A stretch of 63,377 nt of DNA, filler included, from Stramenopiles sp. TOSAG23-2 (Eukaryota), in NCBI GenBank assembly GCA_900128395.1. It is 10 parts of 10 records of this genome, joined end to end, with 100 filler letters (N's around TTAATTAATTAA, not from the genome) between each part and the next. Parts side by side here need not be neighbours in the genome. Positions count along the whole stretch, not along the records: positions 6,377 to 12,652 come from LT650492.1; positions 12,753 to 19,028 come from LT650493.1; positions 19,129 to 25,400 come from LT650494.1; 7 more parts are not named here. One strand, given 5' to 3'. The notes under the pieces were generated by a model. The model was not told the origin of the DNA. It saw nothing but the letters and a program-made list of their open reading frames with translations, and ran no database searches. This document shows, piece by piece, positions 9,711 to 24,342 of this stretch; the first letter of the stretch is position 1, and each line of letters starts with the position of its first letter. Both the position numbers and the translations under genes were made by a program.

Positions 9711-11950
9711 ATGGAAACTTTACAGGATGGTGTAACTCCACATCCAGATGTCGTTTCGGATGAATTAAAAGAAGCGGTAGATTGGAGTATGCAAGAACTG
9801 CTGAAGCGTGCAAAGCAACGACCAAAACTTACAAATCCACTCTTATACTTATCGCAAAAATTACAACAATATTCCGATACAAAACGTAATACTATGCAAA
9901 GCGGCGAGCCGCAAGCGGTTAAAGGTATACTTGGAGAGCGGAGTGGTAGACGGGGTGTTGTGTTTGAAAGCGATGGCGTAGAAAAAGCTGTTCCAAAGGA
10001 AGATATATCTAACCTCCCTGCTGTATCTGAGAAAACAAGTGATAATGCGGAAGCAGCTTCAAAATCGGAAGAAAAAAAAGAGGAGCAAAGCAAGGAAAAG
10101 AAAAAAGAAGAATCTGTTCCTAAGGATGTGAAAGCAACACAAAAAGCAAACCTCAAGCCAACGGAGAAAGCTGTACTAACAGCGGGGAACACAGAAGATT
10201 CTGCTACTATCGATGAAACTATCTTTCAAAAACATCTTTTATTCAAAGATCTGTCGAAAAAGACTGTTACAAAACTACTTGAAGCTATGGTAGACAAAAC
10301 GTACAAAAAAGGTGAGGTTGTTTGTCGTGCAAATACGGATTGTGACTTTGCGTTTGTTTTAACATCAGGGGAATTTGAAAATCCTATGCCAAAAAATGAA
10401 TTTGTTGGAACTGCAAATTTAATGTATGCTATAAAAGCAACAACGACAATGATTGTCTCCAGCGATACTTTAACAATTAAATTGCTTCACAGGAGTAAAT
10501 TTAAATCTACTATGATAGAAAATGGTAAAAATCAATTGAAAGAATATAATACGTTAATTAAAAATTCTACATTTTTTCAAACTCTTGAACATGCAGAAGT
10601 GAAACAATTAGTGAAAGGTCTAAGATCTGCAAAATATGGAGCTGAAGATATAATATTTCAAGTATGCGAATCAATGGCGGAAGATTTGTATATTCTGAAA
10701 AGTGGTACGGTGGAACTTGTAGATCACAATGAAAGTAAAATGCTATCAAAAGGTGATGTATTTGGTGATGAAGTTTTGACATCACCATATTTTCCATATT
10801 CCAGGCGCACAACTGCAATATCAAAATCAGCAGATACAGAAGTGCTTGTAATTAATTATAAATCTTTCAATCGATTGCTGGGATCAATGCAGACTTTTAT
10901 TCAGCGTGATGCTGATATGTATAAAATTTATCAAGAAGAAATCGATCCAACGCCTATTGTCGCGGTTAATGGCAGGCGTGATAGAAGGGAGCAAGTTTAT
11001 GATTTTGATACGACATTTCCAGAGATTGAAGACACTGGTAGTAGTCCTAAAAGGAAACCAAAAAAATCTGAAGAACGTGTTGAATTAGAAAAGGAAGCTA
11101 GAAAAATATTGAAACAAAATGATTATTTTTCATTGAATTATGATAATTCTCAAATATCACAAGTTGCCCAAGCGATGGTGGAGGAAGAATTTGAAGCCGG
11201 TGGTGAAATAGTAAAAGAGGGAGAAATGTCAAACAAATTGTATCTTGTAGTAGATGGTGATGTAGTAGGAAAAAATAGTACTGATGAGGATGTGGAGGGA
11301 CCACTCTTATTTGGAAAAAATAACATGCTGAAAGATTGTCCGTGGAGCAAAACCTTAATATCACCAGATGATTCGGAAGATGGTACAACATGTTTATCAA
11401 TAACACGAGAAAATTTCAAGCGTGCCATTAAATTGGCTATAGTGAAACGGAATAGTGAAATTATGAAATCATTAAAAATTAAGGTACTGAAAGTATTGAC
11501 AAATAAAGAATTATTAAAATTGTGTGACTTTGTCGAATCAAAGGTTTTTAATGCGGATACAGTTGTCATGGAACAAGGTGATATAACAAATGATATGTAT
11601 GTAATAGTTCAAGGTGAAATAGAATCAACAAAGAAAGATGGAAAATCAAGAACATTGAAAAAAGGCGATTATTTCGCGGAAATGGCATTAATGGGCCAAA
11701 TTCCATCTTCATTAACGTATAAAACGAAGAAAAAAACCAAATTGTTTGTTATTAATCGTGATAGTTTTGTTCGAATGCTTGGTCCGTTACGTATTCTTAT
11801 CACCAGGTCTCCAAGGTTATATTATTGTTTGTTATTAATCGTGATAGTTTTGTTCGAATGCTTGGTCCGTTACGTATTCTTATCACCAGGTCTCCAAGGT
11901 TATATGCTGAGTTTGATCGTCGATATCGAGGGAGTCGAAATAAAAAGTAA
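9711..11950 (+). CDS. PKA regulatory-subunit-like protein: Dpy-30/RIIa-like docking motif plus four cNMP-binding domains
   Basis: N-terminal 'LKEAVDWSMQELLKRAKQRPKLTNPLLYLSQKL', then 'RRGVVFE'. CNB signatures 'YKKGEVV', 'DLYILKSGTV...KGDVFGDE', 'FEAGGEIVKEGEMSNKLYLVVDG', 'VMEQGDITNDMYVIVQGE...GDYFAEMAL'. Collapsing the 83-bp duplication gives the end '...RSPRLYAEFDRRYRGSRNKK*' (TAA 11948-11950) instead of the track's 11975. Confidence 0.85.
11741..11905 (+). repeat. Tandem duplication, period 83 bp, frameshifting the cNMP gene 3' end
   Basis: attgtttgttattaatcgtg...ccaaggttatat starts at 11741 and again at 11824. Confidence 0.92.
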
Positions 11951-12057
11951 AAACGTAATTTTAATTAAATTTTGATGTGCAACCACATGTGACTTCCAGT
12001 TCCTAAAACAATATATTTTCTATTTTTCAATAAAAATTAATTATATTATATTTTGAC

Positions 12058-12549
12058 CCGGTTTTTCTGAGAGAGGACTTTTTTGGCCCAAAATTAAAAT
12101 GGACAAATAACATATTATATAGGTAAATATTTCTAGTATACAACTACTCCGTACTTAGACCAGAGATTTCAACAACCATGTAAATATGATGATGATGGGA
12201 GAAAAAGTGTGAAAATGCGTGAAATGAAATTGTTATTGTGATGGATTACTTAAATAGATGTATACCTTCACCATTCTATCATTTCACTTTCTGTTGATCA
12301 AAAAAAAAATTCTTTATATATAAAATCACCATCGTGCCCTTTATAAAAATGCTCAATTTCCAGAGTGCTTTTTTTATAGCATCTTCTTGGATTAAAATAA
12401 AAAAGCGACAGATTTTCCAAAAATTCATGATTTTTGGGAGATCTAGGAATTATAATGCACGGAGTTTGATTGTAAAATATGTCTAATTTATACTTATTAG
12501 TATACTAAAATTTTATTTATCAACTGAAGGTCTCTCTCAGAAAAACCGG
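12058..12549. mobile_element. MITE-like non-autonomous element with 18-bp perfect terminal inverted repeats
   Basis: ccggtttttctgagagag (12058-12075) and ctctctcagaaaaaccgg (12532-12549). The interior (about 12220-12390) has a diverged homologue at about 55519-55661. No ORF. Confidence 0.7.
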
Positions 12550-12913
12550 AAATGTATATCATATGATATTTTGATGGTTAAAAATCTAAAGTTATATTTA
12601 AATATTATTATATAATAAAAATATCATATATATATATAATAATATATAAATANNNNNNNNNNNNNNNNNNNNNNNNNNNNNNNNNNNNNNNNNNNNTTAA
12701 TTAATTAANNNNNNNNNNNNNNNNNNNNNNNNNNNNNNNNNNNNNNNNNNNNTGAATTGGAAATTAATACACCTTTTTCGATTTATTCCTATCAAAATCG
12801 TATAAGTCTCTTTAAACGGCAATATGTGCCATACGCAGTGCTATACCCTCTAAACCGTGTCAAAACTGTACAAACCGTGTCAAAACTGTGCACTTAATGT
12901 AACACTTAACAAA

Positions 12914-13056
12914 TAACACTATTCACTATTGGGAATATGTAAATATCGTTTTCTAAAATGCCAATTTTATTTTTCATATATTTGCAACAAAAAATAGTAA
13001 ATATCCGAAAATATTAGAAAAAATGATGAATATTTCCCCCATAGTGAATAGTGTTA
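12914..13056. mobile_element. Small MITE-like element, 16-bp perfect inverted repeat including terminal TA
   Basis: taacactattcactat (12914-12929) and atagtgaatagtgtta (13041-13056), extended inward by imperfect (t)gggaatat / atatttcccc. Confidence 0.5.
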
Positions 13057-13290
13057 AGAGTACATTTTTTGTACGTGGTGGTATTTACATGCTATTTTGA
13101 TTGAGGAAACGTATAATCGTAAAATTAAAAAAAAAATCGAAAAAAAAAAGAGGGGCGCAACAACAGCTTTTATTGCATAGTTAAAAAATAATGCAAGTAA
13201 ATTGTAGATATACTTGTAGATATATGTAAACGTAAACATATCGAAAGAGTAATTTATCTACCAAGATAATTGAGATTAGCAAACAGCAAA

Positions 13291-14487
13291 ATGAAATTAC
13301 ATACAATTGTCTTTATTGTTCTCTTTATTAGTTATGCCACAGTATCCTTAGGGCATACTTTAACTTCACAAGCTTCTAGTGGCAAATGGGGACGTAAAGG
13401 TGGTAAAGTTAGCAAAAATGTGTTGAAGAAAAAGGATAAAAGCTTATTGAAGAAACAGCAAGATGATATGAAAAAAGCACCAATTGATAACGATAAAGCA
13501 GAAGAAGACAAAGAGATATCAAGTAATACCAATGGTGGCACCAAAATTCATTTTAAAATGGTTGGTTACAAATCACGTTCAACAGCTGCTTATGAATTTG
13601 TTGATTATACTAAAAGTAAAGAGCCTACACCAGAAAATTATTCTGTGAAAACGTTGGGTGCTTTGTGGCGGTATAATAAAAAAATAGATAAAAAAAATAC
13701 GGGCCTGCCAACCGATATATTAGAGGAACTAATGTGCCTTAATTTCAATCTACAGGATCCAAAATATAAATTAAGAGAACTGGCGAAAACGCTTGGTTTT
13801 GAGAAAGAATTAAAATACCAGTGTCCATATATATACCAATTTTCTGAGAAATTTGTTTGGAAGTACCAGCCTGAATTGAAATTAGTTCATGGTAAACGGT
13901 ATGATGGTAGATTACAAGAACGTAAGCGAAAAACGCCATTTCCTAAAGATCCAAATCATCAGTACAAGTGCAGAGATAAGGAAGAGTTTAAAACCTATAC
14001 AAATGGTAACTGGTTAAATTGCTACATTTGTGCGTTTGAACAAAAACTTCTACATCGTGTAGTAAAATGTGATGAAGAGAGAAAAGAACAACATAATCTA
14101 ATACATTCTTTGAAACTTGCAAGTAAAAGTTATCGTGTGTATGATAAATGTGAAAATAGTCTGGTATGCACTGGTGGGGTCTCTGGATACTGGAAAAAAA
14201 AATGCCATGGTGCCCAGTTCGATGAGAAAAAATGTCATCTTCCAAACCCAATGACACCACAAACGTTTTACAAAAAAAATAAGAAAGTCACAAAACCAAA
14301 AAAACTTTGTAAACGCTTATCGAATATGCAGAACCTGGTCCATGATAAATACCTTAAGACGTTTTTGAAGGATGCAGAATTTCACAAAATACCAAAAGTA
14401 TGCAAACCGACTGAACATATGAATCTATATAAAGTAAAAGACAAATTGATAAAAAAAAAGGTTTTGAAGATGATTGTTGTGGTGTAG
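13291..14487 (+). CDS. Secreted Lys/Cys-rich protein of unknown function
   Basis: ATG at 13291 is followed by a signal-peptide-like 'MKLHTIVFIVLFISYATVSLG'. The mature part is very basic with scattered Cys. Confidence 0.65.
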   Translation: MKLHTIVFIVLFISYATVSLGHTLTSQASSGKWGRKGGKVSKNVLKKKDKSLLKKQQDDMKKAPIDNDKAEEDKEISSNTNGGTKIHFKMVGYKSRSTAAYEFVDYTKSKEPTPENYSVKTLGALWRYNKKIDKKNTGLPTDILEELMCLNFNLQDPKYKLRELAKTLGFEKELKYQCPYIYQFSEKFVWKYQPELKLVHGKRYDGRLQERKRKTPFPKDPNHQYKCRDKEEFKTYTNGNWLNCYICAFEQKLLHRVVKCDEERKEQHNLIHSLKLASKSYRVYDKCENSLVCTGGVSGYWKKKCHGAQFDEKKCHLPNPMTPQTFYKKNKKVTKPKKLCKRLSNMQNLVHDKYLKTFLKDAEFHKIPKVCKPTEHMNLYKVKDKLIKKKVLKMIVVV

Positions 14488-15041
14488 ATCTACCATTTGT
14501 TGATTGTACACGGCCCGCCCAGTGTTAAAGAGAGAAAACGAAAAACATGTGTACCGGCGATGAAGAATAAAAACAATTTCATTTAATAAATTAAGAAATA
14601 TCTCTTTTTCTGTTATTTAAACACACATACACATGCCCTTTGTGAACACCTTCTTCTTCATTCAACAGCAATTTTACACCTTTTCCCCATCAAATTTCCA
14701 TTTCCTTTTGCATTACCACCACCACCAACGACATCAATATCAAAAATATTTCCTCTTATGACAAAAACAAACAAATGTTCAACGGTATCAACTATCTTTT
14801 TTAATACAACGTAACAAAACCAAATCGCAATCATATTATACATCACATCAAAAAACAATATAGATATTAATATAGTTTTCATTTATCACCACAATCATCA
14901 ATCATTTTGAAATTTTAGGGAGAAAGTATATATAGATTTATTAATAATAATAATAATAAATTAAAAATTAACAAAAACCATTTTGAAATATAAAAAAAAA
15001 GAAATCCAAACGATTTAAACCTCCAACCAAAAAACAAATAG

Positions 15042-17749
<2,708 letters not shown>

Positions 17750-18581
17750 TACATATTTTTGCATCACGTATACTTTCTTCATAAAATCTTCCAGCAAAAA
17801 ATGCATTACTACGATTGGATACATTGACAACATCATTTGGATTTAATTCCATCGCTTCCGTGTAACATTGTATAGCCATTCCATATTTTTGATCTTTAAA
17901 CCATTCATTACCTTCCTCACGTTTTGCAATTGCTTGGTCTTTTCGTTCTTGTATTTTTTCTTCTTGAGCTAGTTTTTCTAATTTTGCAAATAAATCTTCA
18001 TTTTTATTCTTGTTGTATTTTCTTTTTTCCGTTTGATTCGTATCCATTACAACAGTACTTTTATTCTTTGTATTATCACTCTTATCCTTTTTTATTATTG
18101 TTTTCTTTTCCTTTGTTGTTGTACTATTAATAGTATTATTATCACCTTTTTGTTCTTCTCTTTTTATATATGACATATCATCATTTATTTCCATTTGTTT
18201 AAAACATGCCATTGCTTCATTCATAACAGTTTTCAATGGTACATTATTTTTAATAGCTAAACGTTTACAATCTTCATATTCTGGATGTCGATTGGTTATA
18301 TATCCATCATCATTAATACCAATTTTCACAGTCAATGTTCCATATTTTGTTTCTACTTGTACAAAATCACGACTTAATGTATTTCGTTCCACAATTGATT
18401 TTCGTATACCTAATGTAGTTGTTTCCATAAATATTATATTTGATAATCGTTTAACATCTTTTTCTTTTGATAAAACATGTAATGTATACCCAGGTCGACC
18501 TTTTTTCATAATAATTTGACTTGTCCATACATCAACTGCACCATGATCTAATAATTTTTCATTTACATATGATACTAATTG

Positions 18582-18967
18582 TGGTGTCATATCATCAATA
18601 TTTGTTTCCAATAATACAATAGTTTTTTTTTTATCAAAAACATTTCCTCCTCCTCCTCCTCCCATAGATGATAATAGTACATCTTCTTGTTGCATTGGTG
18701 TATTATTAATATTATTATTAGTAGTAGTATTGGTAACAAGATGGTTACGATTGTTTGGTTGTTCTTGAATAATATGGTGTCATATCATCAATATTTGTTT
18801 CCAATAATACAATAGTTTTTTTTTTATCAAAAACATTTCCTCCTCCTCCTCCTCCCATAGATGATAATAGTACATCTTCTTGTTGCATTGGTGTATTATT
18901 AATATTATTATTAGTAGTAGTATTGGTAACAAGATGGTTACGATTGTTTGGTTGTTCTTGAATAATA
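18582..18967. repeat. Perfect tandem duplication, period 193 bp, frameshifting larC
   Basis: tggtgtcatatcatcaata...gttcttgaataata at 18582-18774 and 18775-18967. Confidence 0.93.
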
Positions 18968-19128
18968 GCATCGCCAATAATTAAACGTAAACAATTTGGT
19001 ACATTCTCAAATTCTTTTGTACCAGCACNNNNNNNNNNNNNNNNNNNNNNNNNNNNNNNNNNNNNNNNNNNNTTAATTAATTAANNNNNNNNNNNNNNNN
19101 NNNNNNNNNNNNNNNNNNNNNNNNNNNN

Positions 19129-20670
19129 GTGTTAAAACGCTTTAATTTGAAAAAAGTGAAGAATGTTCCATTGCTTTTTGTTGCTGCAAATGGAAACAAA
19201 CCATATCAATTGACGGATGTAAAAGTTTTTACCAAGCCAGTGAAAGGGAAAAAAAATACTAGGGAATTTTCGGCGAAAAAATTAGTCAAACACGTATCAA
19301 AAAACTCACGTCCTCGATTATTTACTGTAACAAAGCCATCTGATTTTCAAACGTATTGTTTAAAACGCCGTTATTGCGTGGCGTTCGCACTTGGCCGTAA
19401 TGGTGGTGGGGATGGTAGGAGTGGCAAGAAGAAAAGAAAAAGAAAGAGAAAATCACCTACTTTAAATTCCAATCAAAAAAAAGTTGTAAATAAATTATTA
19501 CGAAAACACAGAAATGTTGGATTTGTAGTTATCGATACGTCGAAATGGGAGCTTGAAGTTTTAGGGGAAAATATAGAAGGGTTTCAAAAGAAAGACGATG
19601 ATGTATCTACGATTGATTATCCAACCATTGTTGCATTTAGGAAAGACGTAAATGATACGACACTTGGAAAAGGTCGTTTTCGGCATTTAAATAAAAAAAT
19701 AAAAGAAGGCACTTCTGCAATGTCTATGTCCCTTTGCCGTCATTTAATTCACTCCAACACGACAAAGGAGGAGGCACGAAAAATATTTAAAGCCCATAGG
19801 ATTAATTTTAAAACATTCAAAGAAAAACCAGTGTCATTGCTACGGCATGAAAACGTTTTATATCGCATTAATAAAAAATATTATACATGGAAAACGGCAG
19901 CATCGTATATTGCATCCGAAATGCTATTTAAACAGGCATTGCCATCCTCATTAATGGAAAAAATTGATAATCATACAGCAAAGGATGATAAATTGAAAAG
20001 AAAAAAAGCGCGAACAGATGTTCAGGTAGTATCTGCAAAGAAATATGACCCTAAGAATAACAATAAAAAGAAAAGAAAAGAACGATATTTTTCTGAATCT
20101 GGTCTAGATGAGTTTATACAATCAATACCTAAAAGCAAAGAATTCAAGATGGCAGAAACCCCACCAAATATTAAGAAATTTTTAAGTATTGCTGAGAAAA
20201 CAGAAATGGAAGAGGCGAAAAAACGTAAAAAAATGCAAAATTTACAAAAAAGAAGAAAGCGAGAAAAAGCAGCGAAAAAACGTTCTGAAGGTGTTAAAAA
20301 AAGAAGTGAGAGAAAAATGAAAAGAAAAAATCGTCGTGGCGGAGCAAATAGCAAAGAAGAATTACAGAAAGAACAATCAAGACGAGAACGTGAAAGACGG
20401 GAGGAAATGGACCGTGAAATGGAACAGTTTGGCGCAACAGCAGTGGATGATGATGATGACGACGACGACAATACATACGATGACAATGACAATGATCATA
20501 ATGATGATGGTACATACGATGACAACGATGATGATCACATATCATACGATGTTGATTCAGATGGCGAAACAACAATGTATGGAGATGATTATGACGATGA
20601 TAGTAATGAGGATGATGATGAGGTTGTTGATTTGGGGGATTTGGAGGATGATTATGATGATGATATGTGA
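19129..20670 (+). CDS. Hypothetical protein, possibly thioredoxin-like domains, with basic coiled coil and Asp-rich tail (5'-partial)
   Basis: ORF is open from the scaffold edge. 'FQTYCLKRRYCVAF', 'VGFVVIDTSKW' and 'YPTIVAFRK' are reminiscent of non-catalytic thioredoxin folds. Poly-Asp C-terminus. Confidence 0.5.
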   Translation: MLKRFNLKKVKNVPLLFVAANGNKPYQLTDVKVFTKPVKGKKNTREFSAKKLVKHVSKNSRPRLFTVTKPSDFQTYCLKRRYCVAFALGRNGGGDGRSGKKKRKRKRKSPTLNSNQKKVVNKLLRKHRNVGFVVIDTSKWELEVLGENIEGFQKKDDDVSTIDYPTIVAFRKDVNDTTLGKGRFRHLNKKIKEGTSAMSMSLCRHLIHSNTTKEEARKIFKAHRINFKTFKEKPVSLLRHENVLYRINKKYYTWKTAASYIASEMLFKQALPSSLMEKIDNHTAKDDKLKRKKARTDVQVVSAKKYDPKNNNKKKRKERYFSESGLDEFIQSIPKSKEFKMAETPPNIKKFLSIAEKTEMEEAKKRKKMQNLQKRRKREKAAKKRSEGVKKRSERKMKRKNRRGGANSKEELQKEQSRRERERREEMDREMEQFGATAVDDDDDDDDNTYDDNDNDHNDDGTYDDNDDDHISYDVDSDGETTMYGDDYDDDSNEDDDEVVDLGDLEDDYDDDM

Positions 20671-21023
20671 GGTTGATAATAAAAAAATGGTGGTGGTGTG
20701 GTGATGCACCTATTACACAATTACAATATAATGTGCCTATAATAATATTTTTGTATTTTTTTAAGGGGTTAACTAACATAGTCTAATGAGTATTAAATAC
20801 CTTACTGTATACTTCAATACAATTTAAATAGCCCCAGGAGTTATAGAAAAAAGGTGTACCTTTATCGTACTGTATGTAGCACTACCGGACTCATTCCAGG
20901 CATTTATATATATGATTCAAAATATTAATGATATCCAGGAAAATCATATAACCGCCTGCATATGTGACAATATCTTATAATATTAGAATATAAAAACATC
21001 ACACAACTAATGATTAATTCGTT

Positions 21024-23923
21024 ATGAAATCTATTATTTTCTGTTTGTCAATATTCTCATGTATTATTTTAAGTTTGGCCAACACTGAGTGTACCAAAGG
21101 TCTTTACATGAGCATTTGGAAGCATAGCGAAAATGTCGAGTTAACTGCATGGATTCAGCGGAACGTACTAGATACACTGAGAACACAGGAAAATACAGAA
21201 AATGCTATTTTTGCTAATTCTATACAACCTGCAGAAACAAATGAATACATGAATCATGCAGAATTAATGGTAAAGGAAGGAATTTTGGACATATTCGATG
21301 TTGATATTGTATACGCAGGTAGATTTAAAAATCTCACTTCAGATTTAAATAACTCTCCAGTTATAAAAAATTTGACAAACTTTCTTGATGAGGATCTTAA
21401 AAAATATTATTCAACTTCCGATGGAAAGAGACTGATCGCATTTCCATGGAAGCGAGACCAAGGAGTGTTAATGTATAGGAAAGATTTACTGAAAAAATAT
21501 AAGTATTCAGAAATCATGCCCCAAAATGATGATTTTACGTGGGAAAAAATGGAAGAAATAGCAATGAAAATTCAGAAAAAAGAAAAAAATATAACAGAAG
21601 GATATGCTTGGCAAGGTAAAAATTACGAAGGCTTGACTTGCAATGTAATGGAATGGTTCGCATCGGATGGTTTAAATTCGAGTATTATTGAGGATGATAA
21701 AATCGTTTTAAATAAAATGAATAGGGACATAGCGATCAAGTCTTTTGAGCGGGTTGCTGGGTGGATAAGTGAATCTAAAATAACATCAGCGAAAGTAATA
21801 GAAGACACAGAAGACAGTGTCAAACAGAGATTTGTTGATGGCGAAATTTTATTTTTACGGACGTGGAATGGACATTATGACATTATACAAAAGGATATTC
21901 AAAGGAACAATCAAAAGAAGGGATTGGAAAAAATGGAAATAGGAGTTTCGTTTTTGCCAAGAGGCAACAAATTGAAAGGTATGTTCTTTCTGTCTTCCTC
22001 CCTCTCTCTTTTTATACACTCTTGTAAAATGTTTCTAACTAAATATATATTTTTACCATATGATTATATATATAACAGCGGCAACACTTGGTGGATGGGG
22101 AATCAGCATGAATAAATTTGAAGGAAAAAGTGAAGGTAAAAACAATTATTGCAGGAAAACGAATGCTGAGAAGGCATTAAGTAAATTGGCCGATAGTACC
22201 ACACTAGAATATTTTTATTCGACGTTTCAAAGATTCCCACCATTTAATCGCGAGTATATGGAGAAAATTTGCACTAATATAAACAATTCAAAAACTATTC
22301 CATGTATTTTAACTAATATGACTATGAAAGATAAGCACGGCAATATTATTAGAAAAATAGTTTCAAGACCAGATGTATCTAAAAATTACCATGAAAAATC
22401 AGAAACTATTTATGATTTTGTCAACATGTTTTTAGCATTACAAGTGTATCAAATTCCATTTGAATCCACAGATAATAAATCAGATATATCCAAATTAAGC
22501 AATGCGAGCAAAATGATTGATCAAATGCGATGTGTCCTTGAGAAGGAACTTTCGGAGGCCGGCGACGGCGTAAATCGTTTGAACGAATTAAGTAGGACAG
22601 AAAACAATAGAATTTTATTCCTTGAAAATCACTATTGTGAGCATGATTTTAGTTTTATTAATATTGGCACAACAGTAATTGGTTGGTTTTTTGTTTCGAT
22701 AATCTACATTATATCATTAGGATTAGTAATTTGGATATTGATGAATTATAAACATGTAGTTGTTAACCATTCTCAGCCTTTTTTTCTAATAATAGTTTTA
22801 TTTGGCGTTTGCTGTAACGTTTCAACTATAATACCTTTTCTACTAGATGAATCCAAAATAAGTGAATGCCAGGAATTAAGAGGCAAAGAGAACTATAATG
22901 TGAATGAATATAGAACTAATTTCACAAAACAATGCCAAGAACAATTAGATGCCGCATGTCGCTCCATACCCTTTTTATATTCGTATGGGTTTGTTTTGAC
23001 GTATTCCGCGCTATTGGTTAAACTATGGCGTATAGAAAAGATATTTCATAACAAAAAGTTACGAAGATTAAAACTAAACATGAAGCATCTGCTGTCATTG
23101 ATTGTATGTTGTATTATTGTTGCTACTGTTATAAATTTATTTTGGATTAGTAGCTGTGAATCATTTGTCGATGGCGAGGGATTTACATGGGTAAGTTAAT
23201 TCTATTCCCCTAAACCTATAACATATTTCCTCTCTAACACCTCATTCTTTCATACGCTATGCTCCACAGTGGCGAAAAGAAATTGTAAACAAAAATGTAG
23301 GAAGTAAAAAATGCAAGGAATTAAAGCTGATAGATCCACAGTCACCAAAACCAGCAAAGAAGCAAATAGAATTTTGCAATAAATATTATGAAACATATTA
23401 TGATCAGGTGTTTTCTACTTCAGTAGGCATGTGTCGATTTTCACAAGCTACATGCGACACTACTGCAAAGTCTGATAATGTTGAAGCTGGTGGTCTTCCG
23501 CCTACGATATGGTTGCAATTGACGTTTGTTATCCTTTTTTTAACATATGGAATATGGTTAGGATTTAAAACGAGGAACATTGCAACTTCATACAACGAGG
23601 GAAAATTTATATTGATAAGTTTAGTCAATCACCTGCAACTTATTGTTGTCTTTATTGCTATTGTGAATAGCGTGAATACAAATCGAGATCCATCTGCATT
23701 TGTCCTCATAATTTCATGTGTAATCGGTTTTAGCAATCTCTGTACACTTGCTTTCATCTTTGGCCCAAAAGTATTTGTTTTTCTATTACCTGAAAAAGCA
23801 AAAAAAAGCTTTCGTTTAAAGAGAGTTCCAACAGGCAGTGTCGATGAAGGTACACCTAGGGAGAATAGAGCTATATCATCTCCAACATCTCCCAACGACA
23901 TTGAATTAACCGGAAAAAAATAA
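21024..23923 (+). CDS. Class C (GABA-B-like) GPCR with N-terminal ABC-type sugar solute-binding domain; exons 21024-21978, 22079-23190, 23270-23923 (906 aa)
   Basis: Signal peptide. SBP motifs 'DIFDVDIVY', 'LIAFPW..DQGVLMYRKDLLKKY', 'TWEKM', 'GYAWQGKNYEGLTCNVMEW', 'FLRTW', 'ATLGGWGISMNK'. 7tm_3 motifs 'SQPFFLIIVLFG', 'GFVLTYSALLVKLWRIEKIF', 'KTRNIATSYNEGKFI', 'IFGPK'. Introns 21979-22078 (gtatgt..ctaac..acag) and 23191-23269 (gtaagt..ctaac..acag) both splice in frame. Confidence 0.88.
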
Positions 23924-24342
23924 AAGTTTGTATTGTTATTATATATTGTGCGTCATTTAAATTGTGTTTGTTGTTGTTCTAATTAAATATATTATTGCCT
24001 GGATATTTTTTAATATTTTTTAGGATTTGCTATACAGCATTAATAGGCTAAAAATATAAAAATTTAAGTATAATGTTTAGTAGTCAAAAGAGCAAACCAC
24101 CATATGTATATAATCAAATCTATCATCTCCTCCATCTTAATCTAGCCATGTTATATTTATATTGTTGTTGTTCTTTTGAAGTTATTATTAATATAAATTC
24201 GACGAAGAAGAAATTTACCAGGTAATATAGCAAGCACAAAACAAATAAATAAAATAAATTATAATATATTTAATGTATAAACTAAGATTTAGTAAAAGCA
24301 ATCCACAAAACGAAATAACAGAGAAACAAAAACGGTATAAAA

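Noticed and set aside
11824-11975. Hydrophobic TM-like C-terminal tail on the cNMP protein
   Set aside because: It is the out-of-frame translation of the 83-bp duplicated segment.
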